Counted from the stretch's first letter, positions 9,497 through 20,371 are shown. The stretch is DNA of 64,000 bases from an uncultured Pseudomonadales bacterium (GCA_964637295.1 CAZWWE010000003.1:37565-101564), one strand, 5' to 3'. Numbers and translations are program-made. Notes: a model not told the origin generated them from the letters alone.

Positions 9497-10234
9497 TTAG
9501 GCCAGCACAGTTTGGGTTTCATTGGAAACGTAAGTGCCAATTTCTTCACCGCTGATCGCTTTTTCTAGCTGTCCATCGGCAAATAAATTAAAAACCATGA
9601 TCGGCATATCATTTTCTTTACACATGGCTAAAGCCGCTGTGTCCATAATTTGCACTTCGTCCATCTCAATAGCGTCTTTATAGCTCATGGTTTTGAAACG
9701 ACGCGCATCAGGATAAGTCAAAGGGTCTTTATCATAAATCCCGTCGACTTTAGTTGCTTTCATCAAAACATCGCAGTGTAATTCTAAAGCATGTAAGGAA
9801 GCACCAGAATCAGTAGTCACGTAAGGCATGCCGGTTCCAGCCGAGAGAATGACGACTCGACCTTTTTGCATATGACGAATGGCTTTATTACGAATAAATC
9901 CTTCTGCCACGGCTGGCATTTGTAGAGCCGACTGCACGCGCACTGGTACACCGACTTTGTCCAAAGCATCTTGGAGAGCCAAGCCATTCATAACAGTAGC
10001 TAACATCCCCATGTAGTCAGCAGTAGCGCGGTCGATGCCATTTTTGGAGGCGCTTAAGCCTCGAAAAATATTGCCTCCGCCGATGACGATGGCAATTTCT
10101 ACTTCTTTGGCATAAATGCTTTTAATTTTTTCAGCTACCGAGAGCACCGCTTTTGGATCAATGCCGTATTCTCTATCTCCAAGTAAAGATTCGCCACCAA
10201 TTTTCAATAAAATTCTTTTAAATCTTTTTTGCAT
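9497..10234 (-). CDS. pyrH: uridylate kinase
   Basis: RILLKIGGESL, GGGNIFRG, DYMGMLATVMN, KVDGIYDKDP. Confidence 0.98.
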   Translation of the reverse strand: MQKRFKRILLKIGGESLLGDREYGIDPKAVLSVAEKIKSIYAKEVEIAIVIGGGNIFRGLSASKNGIDRATADYMGMLATVMNGLALQDALDKVGVPVRVQSALQMPAVAEGFIRNKAIRHMQKGRVVILSAGTGMPYVTTDSGASLHALELHCDVLMKATKVDGIYDKDPLTYPDARRFKTMSYKDAIEMDEVQIMDTAALAMCKENDMPIMVFNLFADGQLEKAISGEEIGTYVSNETQTVLA

Positions 10235-10268
10235 GTTGTCCTTTCTGTGACTATGTTCTGTTCTTTGC

Positions 10269-11297
10269 CTAAAAAAATTTCTTTTTGAGTCTTAAAAATT
10301 TCCAGCGCCAATTTTCTGCCAGAGTATAGATTTTGTACATGGGATAATCATGAATTAAATCGTAACTGCCAATAAATTCTACTAGTTCGCCGCCATAACC
10401 CTTTTTGAAACGGTGAAAGCCATTCCAAGGGCTTTTTGGATCCGGATCAGGTCCCAAAGAACCCCACATATCAAAACTTTTACAACCACTTCTTTTGCCA
10501 AAACGAATAATTTCCCACATCATCAGGTTGCTGGCCATGACTTCGCGATGCAAAGAGCTAGAAGCGCCATAGGGATAATATAAAACGCCGTTGAACACAA
10601 AAACTATCCAAACCACTAAGACCTTGTTTTCATAAATGGCTTTGAAAATATGAGCCATACCGCTATCTTTGAGGCTTTTCCAGAGTTGACGAAAATATGC
10701 TGGAGAATGAGCATAGAAACCTTGTCTTTGTGTGGTTTCTGCCAAAATTTTTAAATAATCTTCTAGACCACGCTCGCTACTGTCTTCAATAATTTTGACG
10801 CCTTTTTTTTCTGCTAGTCTGACGTTGTAGCGTGTTTTGCTGCTTTGCTTATTGAGGAGTTCTTCTTCACTGGCTTGCAGATCGAGTTCAAAAGTGTAGC
10901 GGGTAAAAAGGGCTCTGCCCTCTTCAACTTGATATTTTTCCATTAATTGCACATAAGGATTGGCGCTTGAATCTTGATCCAGGGGCTTTTTTACATTTGG
11001 TTCCATTTTGATGTAAATGGCATTATGTTTTTTGGCTAACTGTTGTAAGGCTGCCATTTGATCATCATCTGGAGGAAAACCTTTGGGAAAATAACCTACT
11101 ACGCGATTGAGCAATGGAATTTTGTGAAAAGTGACTTGTAAAGCTTGGCGCAATTCGCCTTCCACAAAAAATCCTAATCTTTCAACCACAACTCCAGTTT
11201 GCTTTCTAAATTCACCCCACTGGTGAGATTGCAGAGGATGATTGACCACTTGATTAAACAAAGTTTTTTCTTGTGGCAAAATTTCTCTGATCAACAT
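10269..11297 (-). CDS. FemABX/MurM-family peptidoglycan bridge aminoacyltransferase
   Basis: HPLQSHQWGEFR, KTRYNVRLAEKKGV, YPYGAS, FDMWG, GFHRFKKGYGG. Confidence 0.9.
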   Translation of the reverse strand: MLIREILPQEKTLFNQVVNHPLQSHQWGEFRKQTGVVVERLGFFVEGELRQALQVTFHKIPLLNRVVGYFPKGFPPDDDQMAALQQLAKKHNAIYIKMEPNVKKPLDQDSSANPYVQLMEKYQVEEGRALFTRYTFELDLQASEEELLNKQSSKTRYNVRLAEKKGVKIIEDSSERGLEDYLKILAETTQRQGFYAHSPAYFRQLWKSLKDSGMAHIFKAIYENKVLVVWIVFVFNGVLYYPYGASSSLHREVMASNLMMWEIIRFGKRSGCKSFDMWGSLGPDPDPKSPWNGFHRFKKGYGGELVEFIGSYDLIHDYPMYKIYTLAENWRWKFLRLKKKFF

Positions 11298-11341
11298 AAG
11301 GTTTTTTCTATTATAGGCGAGTAAGATCACTTTTGCCAACT

Positions 11342-13321
11342 TTATTTTTGGAGAAATTCTCTGATATCCAATTCATCGTTGAGTAAAGCTTCCAAACTGT
11401 CTTCATCAATGACCAGGCGCCTTGACTGATTAGGTTTTTTGTTTGTGGTTTTTTTATCTTGATAATAATATTTTTTTTGAGCAGCTGGTTCTTGATATTC
11501 AAAACTACGATTAAATTGCAGTAATTTTTGATCAATTTCACTTAAAAATCGGCTGGGAGAACAATGACTGCTGTAGCCGTAAGTGAAACGAGTCCTCGCA
11601 TAACTAAAATAAAGTTTTTTTTTGGCTCGAGTAATGCCCACATAACACAGACGGCGTTCTTCTTCAATTTCATTACTTTCCAAAATTGCTCGAGAATGAG
11701 GCAATAAACCTTCTTCCATGCCAACCATAAAAACAATGGGAAACTCCAAGCCTTTGACAGAGTGTAAACTCATCATGGTGATTTTATTCTCTAGTTCTTG
11801 CTCTACTTGTTCATTGGCCAAGTAACCATCTTGAACTAAAGCAATGTTTTCTAAAAGCAATAAGGTGTTGTCAAAACGACTGGCGACATTGAATAATTCT
11901 TGAATATTATCTAAGCGCGCCAAGTCATCGGGATCTTTTTGATCATATTTGTCCAAATAAAGAGTGTTTTCAATGATGCCTTGTAAGCAACTACTTGGAT
12001 TTTCTAAAATTTGTCGATCGGTTTTTTCTAGCCATAATAGTAATTTTTCTAGACGTCTTTTGCCAATTTTTTGCGCTCTTTCAAAACTTGGGCTATCGAG
12101 TCGATTAAAACACAGTCGTAAATAAGCTAGTAAATCTTTAATTTCGCTGCGCTCATAAAATTTGGTACCACCTACAATTTTGTAGGGTAATTGTTGGCGC
12201 ATAAAGGCTTCTTCAAAAGCGCGCGATTGAACATTGGTGCGATATAAAATAGCGATTTGATCGAGCTGATCTAAGTATTTTTCCCTGATAATCGAGGCGA
12301 TTTTTTCTGCTTCCAATTCTCCACTGCTATTTTCATAAACTTCTAATTTTTCTTGAGAAGTCTGGTCGGTCCATAATTCTAAAACAGGATGGGATTGATT
12401 GTTGGAAATCACTGAAGTGGCAGCATCCAAAATATTTTGCGTAGAACGATAATTTCTTTCTAGGCGATATTCTTGAATATTGGGAAAGTCGCGACTAAGT
12501 CTTTCTAGATTGCGATAATCTGCTCCTCGCCAAGCATAAATACTTTGTGAAAAATCACCGACCACAAACAAATTATTTTCAGGATTGCTAAAGATTTTAG
12601 TTAAAAAATATTGAACTTGATTAGTATCTTGAAACTCATCAACTAGCACGTGCTCAAATCTCTTTTGATATTTTTGCCTGACAGTTGCATTTTGAAGCAG
12701 TAGTTGATAGCAAATTGCTAGCAAATCATCAAAATCGACCGCGTTTTCATCGCGCAATCTTTTTTGGTAAATTTTGTAAACTTTGGCAGTAAAAAGCTGT
12801 AAACCGTCTTTAGCCATTTCTTTAAAATCAATGGGACTAACTAATTCATTTTTAGCCTGACTAATTTTGGCTCTGACTACCTGTGGCTTGAAAGTATTTG
12901 GATCAAAACCATTAGTTTTATAAATGTTTTTAATGAGACTGAGTTGGTCGTCGCTGTCATAAATAGTAAAATTAGCATTAAGACCAAAATCAGCTAAGTG
13001 GCCGTTGGCGGCTTCAATGCGGAGAATTTTGGCTGATAAACTATGGAAAGTGCCGCCATAAGTTAGATTTTTGCCAGTGTAATCTAAAACTCTTTTTTTC
13101 ATTTCGGCAGCCGCTTTATTGGTAAAAGTTACTAAGAAGATAGCGTTTTCTGCTACTTTTTTTTCTTTAATCAAATAGGCGACGCGAGTCGTCAGCACTC
13201 TGGTTTTACCACTGCCCGCTCCAGCCAAAACAATGGCCGGTCCTTCTTGATGAAGCACAGCTTTTCGTTGTTCTGGATTGAGTTCGTTGAGCAGATTAGC
13301 AATTTCTAGCACGATTGACAT
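11342..13321 (-). CDS. pcrA: UvrD/PcrA ATP-dependent DNA helicase
   Basis: AGAGSGKT, TFTNKAA, VDEFQD, NYRS, HSVKGLEF, EERRLCYVGITRA. Start uncertain (13321 or 13372). Confidence 0.95.
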   Translation of the reverse strand: MSIVLEIANLLNELNPEQRKAVLHQEGPAIVLAGAGSGKTRVLTTRVAYLIKEKKVAENAIFLVTFTNKAAAEMKKRVLDYTGKNLTYGGTFHSLSAKILRIEAANGHLADFGLNANFTIYDSDDQLSLIKNIYKTNGFDPNTFKPQVVRAKISQAKNELVSPIDFKEMAKDGLQLFTAKVYKIYQKRLRDENAVDFDDLLAICYQLLLQNATVRQKYQKRFEHVLVDEFQDTNQVQYFLTKIFSNPENNLFVVGDFSQSIYAWRGADYRNLERLSRDFPNIQEYRLERNYRSTQNILDAATSVISNNQSHPVLELWTDQTSQEKLEVYENSSGELEAEKIASIIREKYLDQLDQIAILYRTNVQSRAFEEAFMRQQLPYKIVGGTKFYERSEIKDLLAYLRLCFNRLDSPSFERAQKIGKRRLEKLLLWLEKTDRQILENPSSCLQGIIENTLYLDKYDQKDPDDLARLDNIQELFNVASRFDNTLLLLENIALVQDGYLANEQVEQELENKITMMSLHSVKGLEFPIVFMVGMEEGLLPHSRAILESNEIEEERRLCYVGITRAKKKLYFSYARTRFTYGYSSHCSPSRFLSEIDQKLLQFNRSFEYQEPAAQKKYYYQDKKTTNKKPNQSRRLVIDEDSLEALLNDELDIREFLQK

Positions 13322-13411
13322 ATTAGCATAGTTGTCAGTTATTTGTGCTAAATGTGCGGGGTCAACCCACATCCTTGCTAAAAATATTTTTATCTCTAGA
13401 ATAAATCTTGC

Positions 13412-14131
13412 ATGAAAAAGTATATTGTTGCCAACTGGAAGTCCAACAAAACTTTATCCGAAACCACATTTTGGTTGAATAATTTTCCCAATCAGCAAGA
13501 AAGCAAACAGGCTCTAGCCAATTTAGAAATTATTTTGGCTCCTCCCTATCCCTTTTTGTCTTTATGCAAGGCCATTATTGTCGAGCGCCAATTGCCTATC
13601 AAATTGGCGGTTCAAGACTTAAGTGCTTTTGGCCGCGGAGCTTATACGGGTGAAGTTTCAGCCTACAATTTGCAAGACTTATCGATTGACTATGCTCTTG
13701 TGGGTCACAGTGAGAGACGTCGTTTTTTAGCAGAAAGTTCGGCCTTGATTGCTGATAAAATTCATGAAGCCTTGTCTTGGAAAATTAAGCCGATTTTGTG
13801 TTTAGATCAACCATATTTTCTTGAGCAAGCTCAGTTTCTCAGCAGTCAGGCTTTGACAGAATGTTTTTTGGCTTATGAACCGCTCGGTGCGATTGGCAGT
13901 GGTCAAGCTGAGTCGCCAGGAGATATATTAGCTATTCGTCAGCAGTTAACTAGCATCTACGGACACGGGCCGATTTTTTATGGTGGGAGTGTTAATGCAG
14001 ATAATATAGCTGCTTATTTGCGAGTCTGCGAAGGAGTTTTATTGGGAGGAGCTAGTTTAGAATTGCAAAATTTTATTGATTTGTTATATGCCGCTTCAAA
14101 AACATCTGACTTTACTCAAAACAATTTTTAG
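13412..14131 (+). CDS. tpiA: triosephosphate isomerase
   Basis: ANWK, GAYTGEVS, GHSERR, AYEP, YGGSV, GGAS. Confidence 0.95.
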   Translation: MKKYIVANWKSNKTLSETTFWLNNFPNQQESKQALANLEIILAPPYPFLSLCKAIIVERQLPIKLAVQDLSAFGRGAYTGEVSAYNLQDLSIDYALVGHSERRRFLAESSALIADKIHEALSWKIKPILCLDQPYFLEQAQFLSSQALTECFLAYEPLGAIGSGQAESPGDILAIRQQLTSIYGHGPIFYGGSVNADNIAAYLRVCEGVLLGGASLELQNFIDLLYAASKTSDFTQNNF

Positions 14132-14149
14132 CATATAGTTTGATTTACA

Positions 14150-15478
14150 ATGACCCTCAAAGAGCTATTAATTTTGCTAAGCTTGTTGTTTTTTGCTCTT
14201 TTCAGCCGTTTATGGCGTTTAGCTGAGCCTGCTTGGATGTATTTTGATGAACCCTACCATCTTCGCGCAGCCAAATTATTGGCTGAGGGTGATTGGCGCA
14301 CTCCTTTTCAAATCCCAAGTACTGCAGCGAGTGCTGATTTTGCGGCCTCAGCTTATGATTGGCTACATCCTCCTCTGGCGAAGTATATTCAAGCAATTTT
14401 TATTTGGCGCTTTGGTCTCAATGCTTGGTCTTGGCGTTTGCCTTCGGTGATTTTTGCTTTGTTGACTTTAGTGGTTTTTTATTTTTTAGTGCGTTTTTTG
14501 GCTTTGCATTTTTTGTTTTCTGCTGCAAAAAAAAATCGCCAAGTCAATCAAGCCAGTAACCTGGCTTTATTGGCTACTTTTTTTCTCGTTCTCGATGGCT
14601 TATTTTTTGTGCAATCAAGAATTGCCATGAATGATGTTTTTGTACTTTTTTTTACGCTCTCTGCGATTTTGGTTTATTTAGATTATCAAGCAAAACATCG
14701 TTTGCTTAGTTTGTTTTTGAGCGGCTTGCTCTTTGGTCTGGCTTTGGCGAGTAAATGGAGTGCTTTTTGGATTTTACTTTTGTTATTTTTCAAAGAACTT
14801 TGGTCTAGCAAAAGTTCGCGCCAGTGGCCTTTTTTGTGTTTCGCCCTGATCTTGACTCCAGCCATGTTTTATTTGTTGCTTTATTTACCGATGTTTATTC
14901 AAGGTCAAGACTTAACTGCTTTTTGGCTTTTACAAAAAACAATTTTGCGCTCACAACTTACTAATCCCGCTACGCATTTATACAGCAGCGAGCCTTTATC
15001 TTGGGTATTTAATTTGCGACCTGTTTGGTATTTTACTAATCAAGCTATATCTGGTGGTAATTGGGTGGCCAACATTTATGCACTCAACAATCCGCTGCTA
15101 ACTTTTTATTCGCTAATTGCTCTCATTTTTATCTGGCAAGAGCTAATTGGCAAAAAAATCACAATTGCACGGCGTCAAACGATGATTTTTTTATTAGCCT
15201 TGTATGGTATTAGTTTTTTACCTTGGCTGTTTTTCTCCAGAATGATGTTTTATTATCATTATTTATTGGCCGTACCTTTTTTAATGATCCTTTTAGCCTA
15301 TGTTTGCCTAGTTTTTTTTAACAGCATTCAAGACCAAACCAAGCGTTTGGCAGTAATTTTTAATGTTCTTTTTTGGCCATTTTTAGTTTTTGTGCTTTTT
15401 TACCCGCATTGGACAGCCTGGCCAGTACCACAATTTTTCGCTCAAAGTCTTTATTTTTTCTTAGCTAGTTGGCGATAA
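14150..15478 (+). CDS. PMT-like (GT39/GT-C) polyprenyl-phosphate-sugar protein glycosyltransferase
   Basis: FDEPYH, HPPLAK, SWRLPS, SRIAMND, ASKW, HLYSSEPLSW, FYYHYL motifs. Confidence 0.85.
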   Translation: MTLKELLILLSLLFFALFSRLWRLAEPAWMYFDEPYHLRAAKLLAEGDWRTPFQIPSTAASADFAASAYDWLHPPLAKYIQAIFIWRFGLNAWSWRLPSVIFALLTLVVFYFLVRFLALHFLFSAAKKNRQVNQASNLALLATFFLVLDGLFFVQSRIAMNDVFVLFFTLSAILVYLDYQAKHRLLSLFLSGLLFGLALASKWSAFWILLLLFFKELWSSKSSRQWPFLCFALILTPAMFYLLLYLPMFIQGQDLTAFWLLQKTILRSQLTNPATHLYSSEPLSWVFNLRPVWYFTNQAISGGNWVANIYALNNPLLTFYSLIALIFIWQELIGKKITIARRQTMIFLLALYGISFLPWLFFSRMMFYYHYLLAVPFLMILLAYVCLVFFNSIQDQTKRLAVIFNVLFWPFLVFVLFYPHWTAWPVPQFFAQSLYFFLASWR

Positions 15479-15524
15479 TGCCTCTAGACTTCTGCGCTAA
15501 TTATCGTCAACATATTGATTAACT

Positions 15525-16823
15525 ATGAAAATCGCGATTATTGGTGCTGGTTTTGGCGCTTTAGCGGCCAGTTTTGATTTAAGTCAAGATCAGCAGAATC
15601 AAATTGAGGTCATTGATGCGCAAAGTGTGCCTGGTGGCATGGCTAGCGGTTTTGAAAATCAAGCTTGGGACTGGTCTCTTGAAGAACATTATCACCATGT
15701 TTTCACCACTGATCAGGCTTTTAAAGATTTTTTAACAGATTTGCATTTAGCGGATCAATTATTTTTCAAAAAAGTCAAAAGCTCTACTTTATATCAGGGC
15801 CAAATTTTTCAGATTGATTCTCCTTGGTCTTTGCTTCGTTTTTCCAAGATTTCTTTATTTTCTCGATTGCGCACTGGCCTAGTTTTGGCATTTTTAAAAA
15901 TTTTACCCAACGGAGTGCTGTTGGAAAATTTTCAAGCTAGCCACTTTTTAAAGCAAACCATGGGTCAAGAAGCTTGGCAGGTCATTTGGGAACCGCTTTT
16001 CCAGGCTAAGTTTGCTCGTTTTAAAGATCAAATTAATATGGCTTGGTTTTGGGCCAGAGTTCATCCGCGCAGTGCGCAGTTGGGATATGTCAAAGGTGGT
16101 TTTAAAAGATTGGCAGAACTCATTGTGCAACGTTTAAAAAAAGCAGGTGTGCATTTCGAATTTGCTACGCAAGTGCAACAAATTACTGCCGATGAAAATC
16201 AACGATTAACGCTAACTCTACTTAAAGCAAATCATCAGCCAGAAAAACGTTCTTATGACCTGGTGATTTCAACCCTGACAGCGCCAGTTTTTGCTCGCTT
16301 AATTGATTTGCCAGAATTAAAATCAAACAAGCTTCAGGGTTTAGGAGCGATGACCATGCTTTTGCGTTTAAAAAATAAATTGCTTAAAGATGGCACTTAT
16401 TGGCTCAACGTAAACGAGCAAAATTGGCCTTTTGTCGCAGTGGTGGAACATGATAATTACATCAGCAGTGAGCATTATAATCAGGAAAGCTTGGTTTACT
16501 TAGGTCGTTATTTGGAAGCCAGTGATCCTGCTTATCGCAAATCTGTCCAAGAACTGCTCGATGACTATCGACCTTACTTGCAACAACTAAGTCCTACTTT
16601 TAACACTGACCTCAAAGAAGCTTTGCTTTTCAAAACTCCTTTTGCTCAGCCGCTCAGTTTCACCCAACAGAGTCGCTTTTTGCCGAAATTTGAGACCAGT
16701 GTGGCCAACCTATATTGGGTTTGCATGCAACACGTCTATCCTTTTGATCGCGGTATAAATCACGCAATCAAGAGCGCTCGTAAACTTGCTCAACATGTTA
16801 GAATGAAAACTTCTGTCTTATGA
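15525..16823 (+). CDS. FAD-dependent oxidoreductase (amine oxidase/protoporphyrinogen oxidase-like)
   Basis: N-terminal IGAGFGAL Rossmann motif, GGMA, YHH, YPFDRGIN. Confidence 0.85.
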   Translation: MKIAIIGAGFGALAASFDLSQDQQNQIEVIDAQSVPGGMASGFENQAWDWSLEEHYHHVFTTDQAFKDFLTDLHLADQLFFKKVKSSTLYQGQIFQIDSPWSLLRFSKISLFSRLRTGLVLAFLKILPNGVLLENFQASHFLKQTMGQEAWQVIWEPLFQAKFARFKDQINMAWFWARVHPRSAQLGYVKGGFKRLAELIVQRLKKAGVHFEFATQVQQITADENQRLTLTLLKANHQPEKRSYDLVISTLTAPVFARLIDLPELKSNKLQGLGAMTMLLRLKNKLLKDGTYWLNVNEQNWPFVAVVEHDNYISSEHYNQESLVYLGRYLEASDPAYRKSVQELLDDYRPYLQQLSPTFNTDLKEALLFKTPFAQPLSFTQQSRFLPKFETSVANLYWVCMQHVYPFDRGINHAIKSARKLAQHVRMKTSVL

Positions 16824-17404
16824 AGCAAACACAAAAAATGATTAGAATTGGTTTCGATCTCGATGGCGTTTTACTAGATAATCCGAGCCGAGTTTTTCGT
16901 AGCCTCATTTCTAGAAGTAAAAAAGCTCACTTGTTTCCGCGTAAAGAATTAGAGTTTTATCATCCCAATTCTGCTTGGGAAAAATTTTTATGGACCATGG
17001 TTCACAAAAGTAGTTTTAAATTAGCCAAGGGTTTTACCCAATTGGAAAGTTTGGCTTTAGAACAAACAAATTTACAAATTTATGTGATCAGTGCGCGTTT
17101 TGCTTGTTTAAAGAAGGACACTTGTCAGTGGCAAAAAATCATTAATCAGAAACACATTTTTCAAGGCATGTATTTTAATGATCAGGACGAACAACCACAT
17201 TTATTTAAAAAAAGAATGGTGCAAGAATTGGCTCTTGATTATTTTGTGGAAGATAATTGGGACGTGGTCAATTATTTAGCCAAAGAACAAGGACAAACGC
17301 AAATTTGGTGGTTAAGTAACTTTCTTGATCGTCAGATTGATTATCCGCACAAATTTTTTTCATTTCAAAGTGTAGTTTCTAAAATTGCAGGCTTTTTGTT
17401 ATAG
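16820..17404 (+). CDS. HAD-superfamily hydrolase
   Basis: FDLDGV motif I, ISAR motif II, FKK, FVEDN motif IV. Confidence 0.75.
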   Translation: MKQTQKMIRIGFDLDGVLLDNPSRVFRSLISRSKKAHLFPRKELEFYHPNSAWEKFLWTMVHKSSFKLAKGFTQLESLALEQTNLQIYVISARFACLKKDTCQWQKIINQKHIFQGMYFNDQDEQPHLFKKRMVQELALDYFVEDNWDVVNYLAKEQGQTQIWWLSNFLDRQIDYPHKFFSFQSVVSKIAGFLL

Positions 17405-17412
17405 TAGAAAGC

Positions 17413-19560
17413 ATGATTTGGGGTGATTTAGCTTATTTGCTTGTGACTTATGCGAGCTTATTTTTATTACAACTAATTGCCTTGCCTTTGATTTTTTACT
17501 TGTCAAATAGATTCAGTATGCTCAAAGATGCGGCTTGGGGTTTTGGTCGCATCATTACTCTTTTGTGTTTAGCTTTTTTAAGTTGGCAATTAGCTTTTTT
17601 GCAAATTCCCATTAATAGCGATGCTGGCGTGTTACTGTTATTGATGTTATTTTTACTGATTTCTTTGTACAGTACTTCTCGTTTTTTAAAATCACGTCCG
17701 CATTTTTGGCGATCTTTTTGGCAAAAATTTAAGTCTGTCATTATTGTTGAAGAAAGCATTTTTCTCTTGGCTTTTTTGTTTTTATTTGTGATGAGAAGTT
17801 TTCAGCCAGAAATTTTGGGCTTGGAAAAATTTATGGACGCTGGTTTTATTCAGGCTTATCTCAAGTCGCCTACTCTGCCAGCGAAAGACATTTGGTTCGC
17901 GCTTGAAAACATCAATTATTATAGTTTTGGTCATTTTTATAACGCCATTCTGGTTCATTTGTGGCGAATTGATCTGGCTTATGCCTACAACTTATTGCTC
18001 ATGACGCTTTTTGCGATTTTTGTGATTGAAATTTTTTCCCTAGTTTATAATTTAACCAGTAATCTGTTGGTTAAGCCATTTTTTATTGGTTCCGAAAAGC
18101 GTGTCACACAAATTGCCAAAACTGCCGCCGTTTTGGCGATTTTTTTAGTAGCCTTAGGAGCGAACGGACATCCACTTTGGTATTTTTGGCAGCACGGCAG
18201 CATGGAAGCTTATTGGTACCCAGATGCCACTCGCTTTATTACGCACACTATTCATGAATTTCCAGCCTACAGTTTTGTGGTCAGTGATTTGCACGCTCAC
18301 GTTTTATCTTTGCCTATCAGCTTACTACTTCTTTTGAGTATTTTTTTGTGGGCTCAAGAATTATGGCGCACTAAGGTTTGCCCTAAATTTTTGTCACTCA
18401 GCATTGGTTTTATTTTTGGAATTTTGACCATGACTAATACTTGGGACATTATGGTTTATGGGGTTTTATTGATTATTTTAGCGGTTTTATTATTAGTCAA
18501 AAATCCCAAAGTTTTTTTTCCTTTATTTTTGAGCGCTTTATTAATTGGCTTGATGACTGTCGGCACATCTTTTTTTTGGCTCAGTCACTTTGTGCCTATT
18601 TCCAGTAATTTGCTTTTGACAACCGAGCAAACTCCGTTTTGGCAATTAGCCATGTTGTGGGGATCACATTTATTGTGGGCGCTTGCTTTCATGTTTTTCC
18701 TCAAACCATTATTTTATCGCTCTGATCAATTAGCTCCGCTGGCTTTTTTATTATTAGCCATTTTTGCGCTTTGTCTGTTTTTGTTTGTTTTTCCAGAATT
18801 TTTTTATTTCAAAGATATCTACAAAACTTATCCCAGAGCTAACACGATGTTTAAGTTGGTTTTTCAAGCCTTTATGCTATTAAATTTGCTAGTGAGCATG
18901 TTTTTTAGTTTGCTGCTTTTTCCCAAAGAAAAGCAAAAAAGTATTTTTGCTTGGCGTTTATTAGATTTACGAGCTTTTTTACCGCGCACTCATCAATCGT
19001 GGTTTTGGTTGAAAACTAAGCTGCGCCGATTTTTATTCCTCTATCTGCCCATGGCAGTGTTTTTGTTTTTTGCCACACTGGTTTATCCTTACCAAGCTTA
19101 CAAAAGTTATTACGGTCAATGGCGTAATTATCGAGGATTAGATGGTTTAGCTTGGTTTGCCGAGCGTTATCCAGAGGATTTTTTAATTCTTGATTATCTA
19201 AAAAAACATGAAAACAAACAAGTTAACATTCTTGAGGCTGTGGGCGAGTCTTACACTGAATTTGCTAGAATTTCAGCTTTTTCCGGTCTACCCACCGTTT
19301 TGGGTTGGCGTGTGCACGAATGGTTGTGGCGAGCAACTTGGGATAAACCAGCCCAAAGAACAAAAGAAGTAGAAAAAATTTATTTAACACCCACCAGCAC
19401 CGAGGCACAAAAATATTTGCAAACATATCAAGTGAAATACGTGGTGCTTGGCTCTAAAGAATTTGAAGCTTATCCAGAGCTTGATCTTGCCGGCTTACTA
19501 AGCTTAGGCGAAACAGTCTTAGCTGTGAACAATCACTACTTGATCAAACTCTTTGACTAA
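17413..19560 (+). CDS. DUF2298 (YYY) membrane protein, probable GT-C fold
   Basis: EKFMD, INYYSFG, IHEFPAYSF..SDLHAH, NTMFK, SGLPTVLGW..HE..WR. Confidence 0.85.
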   Translation: MIWGDLAYLLVTYASLFLLQLIALPLIFYLSNRFSMLKDAAWGFGRIITLLCLAFLSWQLAFLQIPINSDAGVLLLLMLFLLISLYSTSRFLKSRPHFWRSFWQKFKSVIIVEESIFLLAFLFLFVMRSFQPEILGLEKFMDAGFIQAYLKSPTLPAKDIWFALENINYYSFGHFYNAILVHLWRIDLAYAYNLLLMTLFAIFVIEIFSLVYNLTSNLLVKPFFIGSEKRVTQIAKTAAVLAIFLVALGANGHPLWYFWQHGSMEAYWYPDATRFITHTIHEFPAYSFVVSDLHAHVLSLPISLLLLLSIFLWAQELWRTKVCPKFLSLSIGFIFGILTMTNTWDIMVYGVLLIILAVLLLVKNPKVFFPLFLSALLIGLMTVGTSFFWLSHFVPISSNLLLTTEQTPFWQLAMLWGSHLLWALAFMFFLKPLFYRSDQLAPLAFLLLAIFALCLFLFVFPEFFYFKDIYKTYPRANTMFKLVFQAFMLLNLLVSMFFSLLLFPKEKQKSIFAWRLLDLRAFLPRTHQSWFWLKTKLRRFLFLYLPMAVFLFFATLVYPYQAYKSYYGQWRNYRGLDGLAWFAERYPEDFLILDYLKKHENKQVNILEAVGESYTEFARISAFSGLPTVLGWRVHEWLWRATWDKPAQRTKEVEKIYLTPTSTEAQKYLQTYQVKYVVLGSKEFEAYPELDLAGLLSLGETVLAVNNHYLIKLFD

Positions 19561-19569
19561 TGATTTCTG

Positions 19570-20367
19570 TTAATTTAATTCAAAGGTAACAGAAACCGTT
19601 TTCAAAGTAGTGCTTGAGCCTGGTTCTAGCTTAGCATCCATGGCCATAGCCCCCGAAGCCATGGGGACAGAGGAACGATAACTTTCATACAAAGGATAAA
19701 CTCCGTCTTCACTCAAAGTAATGATTTTGCCGACCTTTTGATGATTGGCCGCGGCAATTTTTTCTGCTTTAGCTCGAGCATTGCTGACGGCTTCAACTAA
19801 AAGTTCGTCCGTGATTTGGTCTGCATCTTCGAGACTGAAGTTGGGGCCAGTAATTGCATTGGCACCACTATCATTGAGAATAGCCAGCAAATCTTCAGCT
19901 CGCTCCACTTCTCTGAGAGTAATGCTCACAGAATTATTGGCTCGCCAATCACCTTTCCTGGCTTCACCTCGATCTGGTTCAGGATACATGAGATTATTAA
20001 CAGCGCGATCTTCTTTGATGTATTCTGTTTCTTGATAAACGTTGACGTTTTGCGATTGGATATCTTCAGTTTTAATGCCAAACGCTTTGACTCGATCAAT
20101 TAATTGATTCATGGCTTCAGTGCTTTTTTGCAGTGCCGCTTCTTTGCTTTCTTCAATACTTTCCACTCCTGCAGTAAAATAGGCAATTTGATTAAGTTCT
20201 TGCTTTTCTGCTTTGCCAGTCACTGTGATAGTAGAGGTGGGATTAGTGCGCATTTCAAAACTGCCCCAGTTTGGCTTGAGGCTAGTAAAACGAGTTAAAG
20301 CGATCAAGGTCAAAATAAAAACGAAAAAAATAAGTGGTTTTTTTAGATTTTGAGTTTGATTTAACAT
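19570..20367 (-). CDS. SIMPL (DUF541) domain protein
   Basis: TITVTGKAE, GANAITGPNF, AVSNARAKAEKIA, terminal VSVTFEL; N-terminal TM. Confidence 0.9.
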   Translation of the reverse strand: MLNQTQNLKKPLIFFVFILTLIALTRFTSLKPNWGSFEMRTNPTSTITVTGKAEKQELNQIAYFTAGVESIEESKEAALQKSTEAMNQLIDRVKAFGIKTEDIQSQNVNVYQETEYIKEDRAVNNLMYPEPDRGEARKGDWRANNSVSITLREVERAEDLLAILNDSGANAITGPNFSLEDADQITDELLVEAVSNARAKAEKIAAANHQKVGKIITLSEDGVYPLYESYRSSVPMASGAMAMDAKLEPGSSTTLKTVSVTFELN

Positions 20368-20371
20368 ATTT

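Noticed and set aside
11311-11736. Short alternative-frame ORFs at the pcrA 3' end suggesting a frameshift
   Set aside because: The helicase frame is continuous with all motifs intact.
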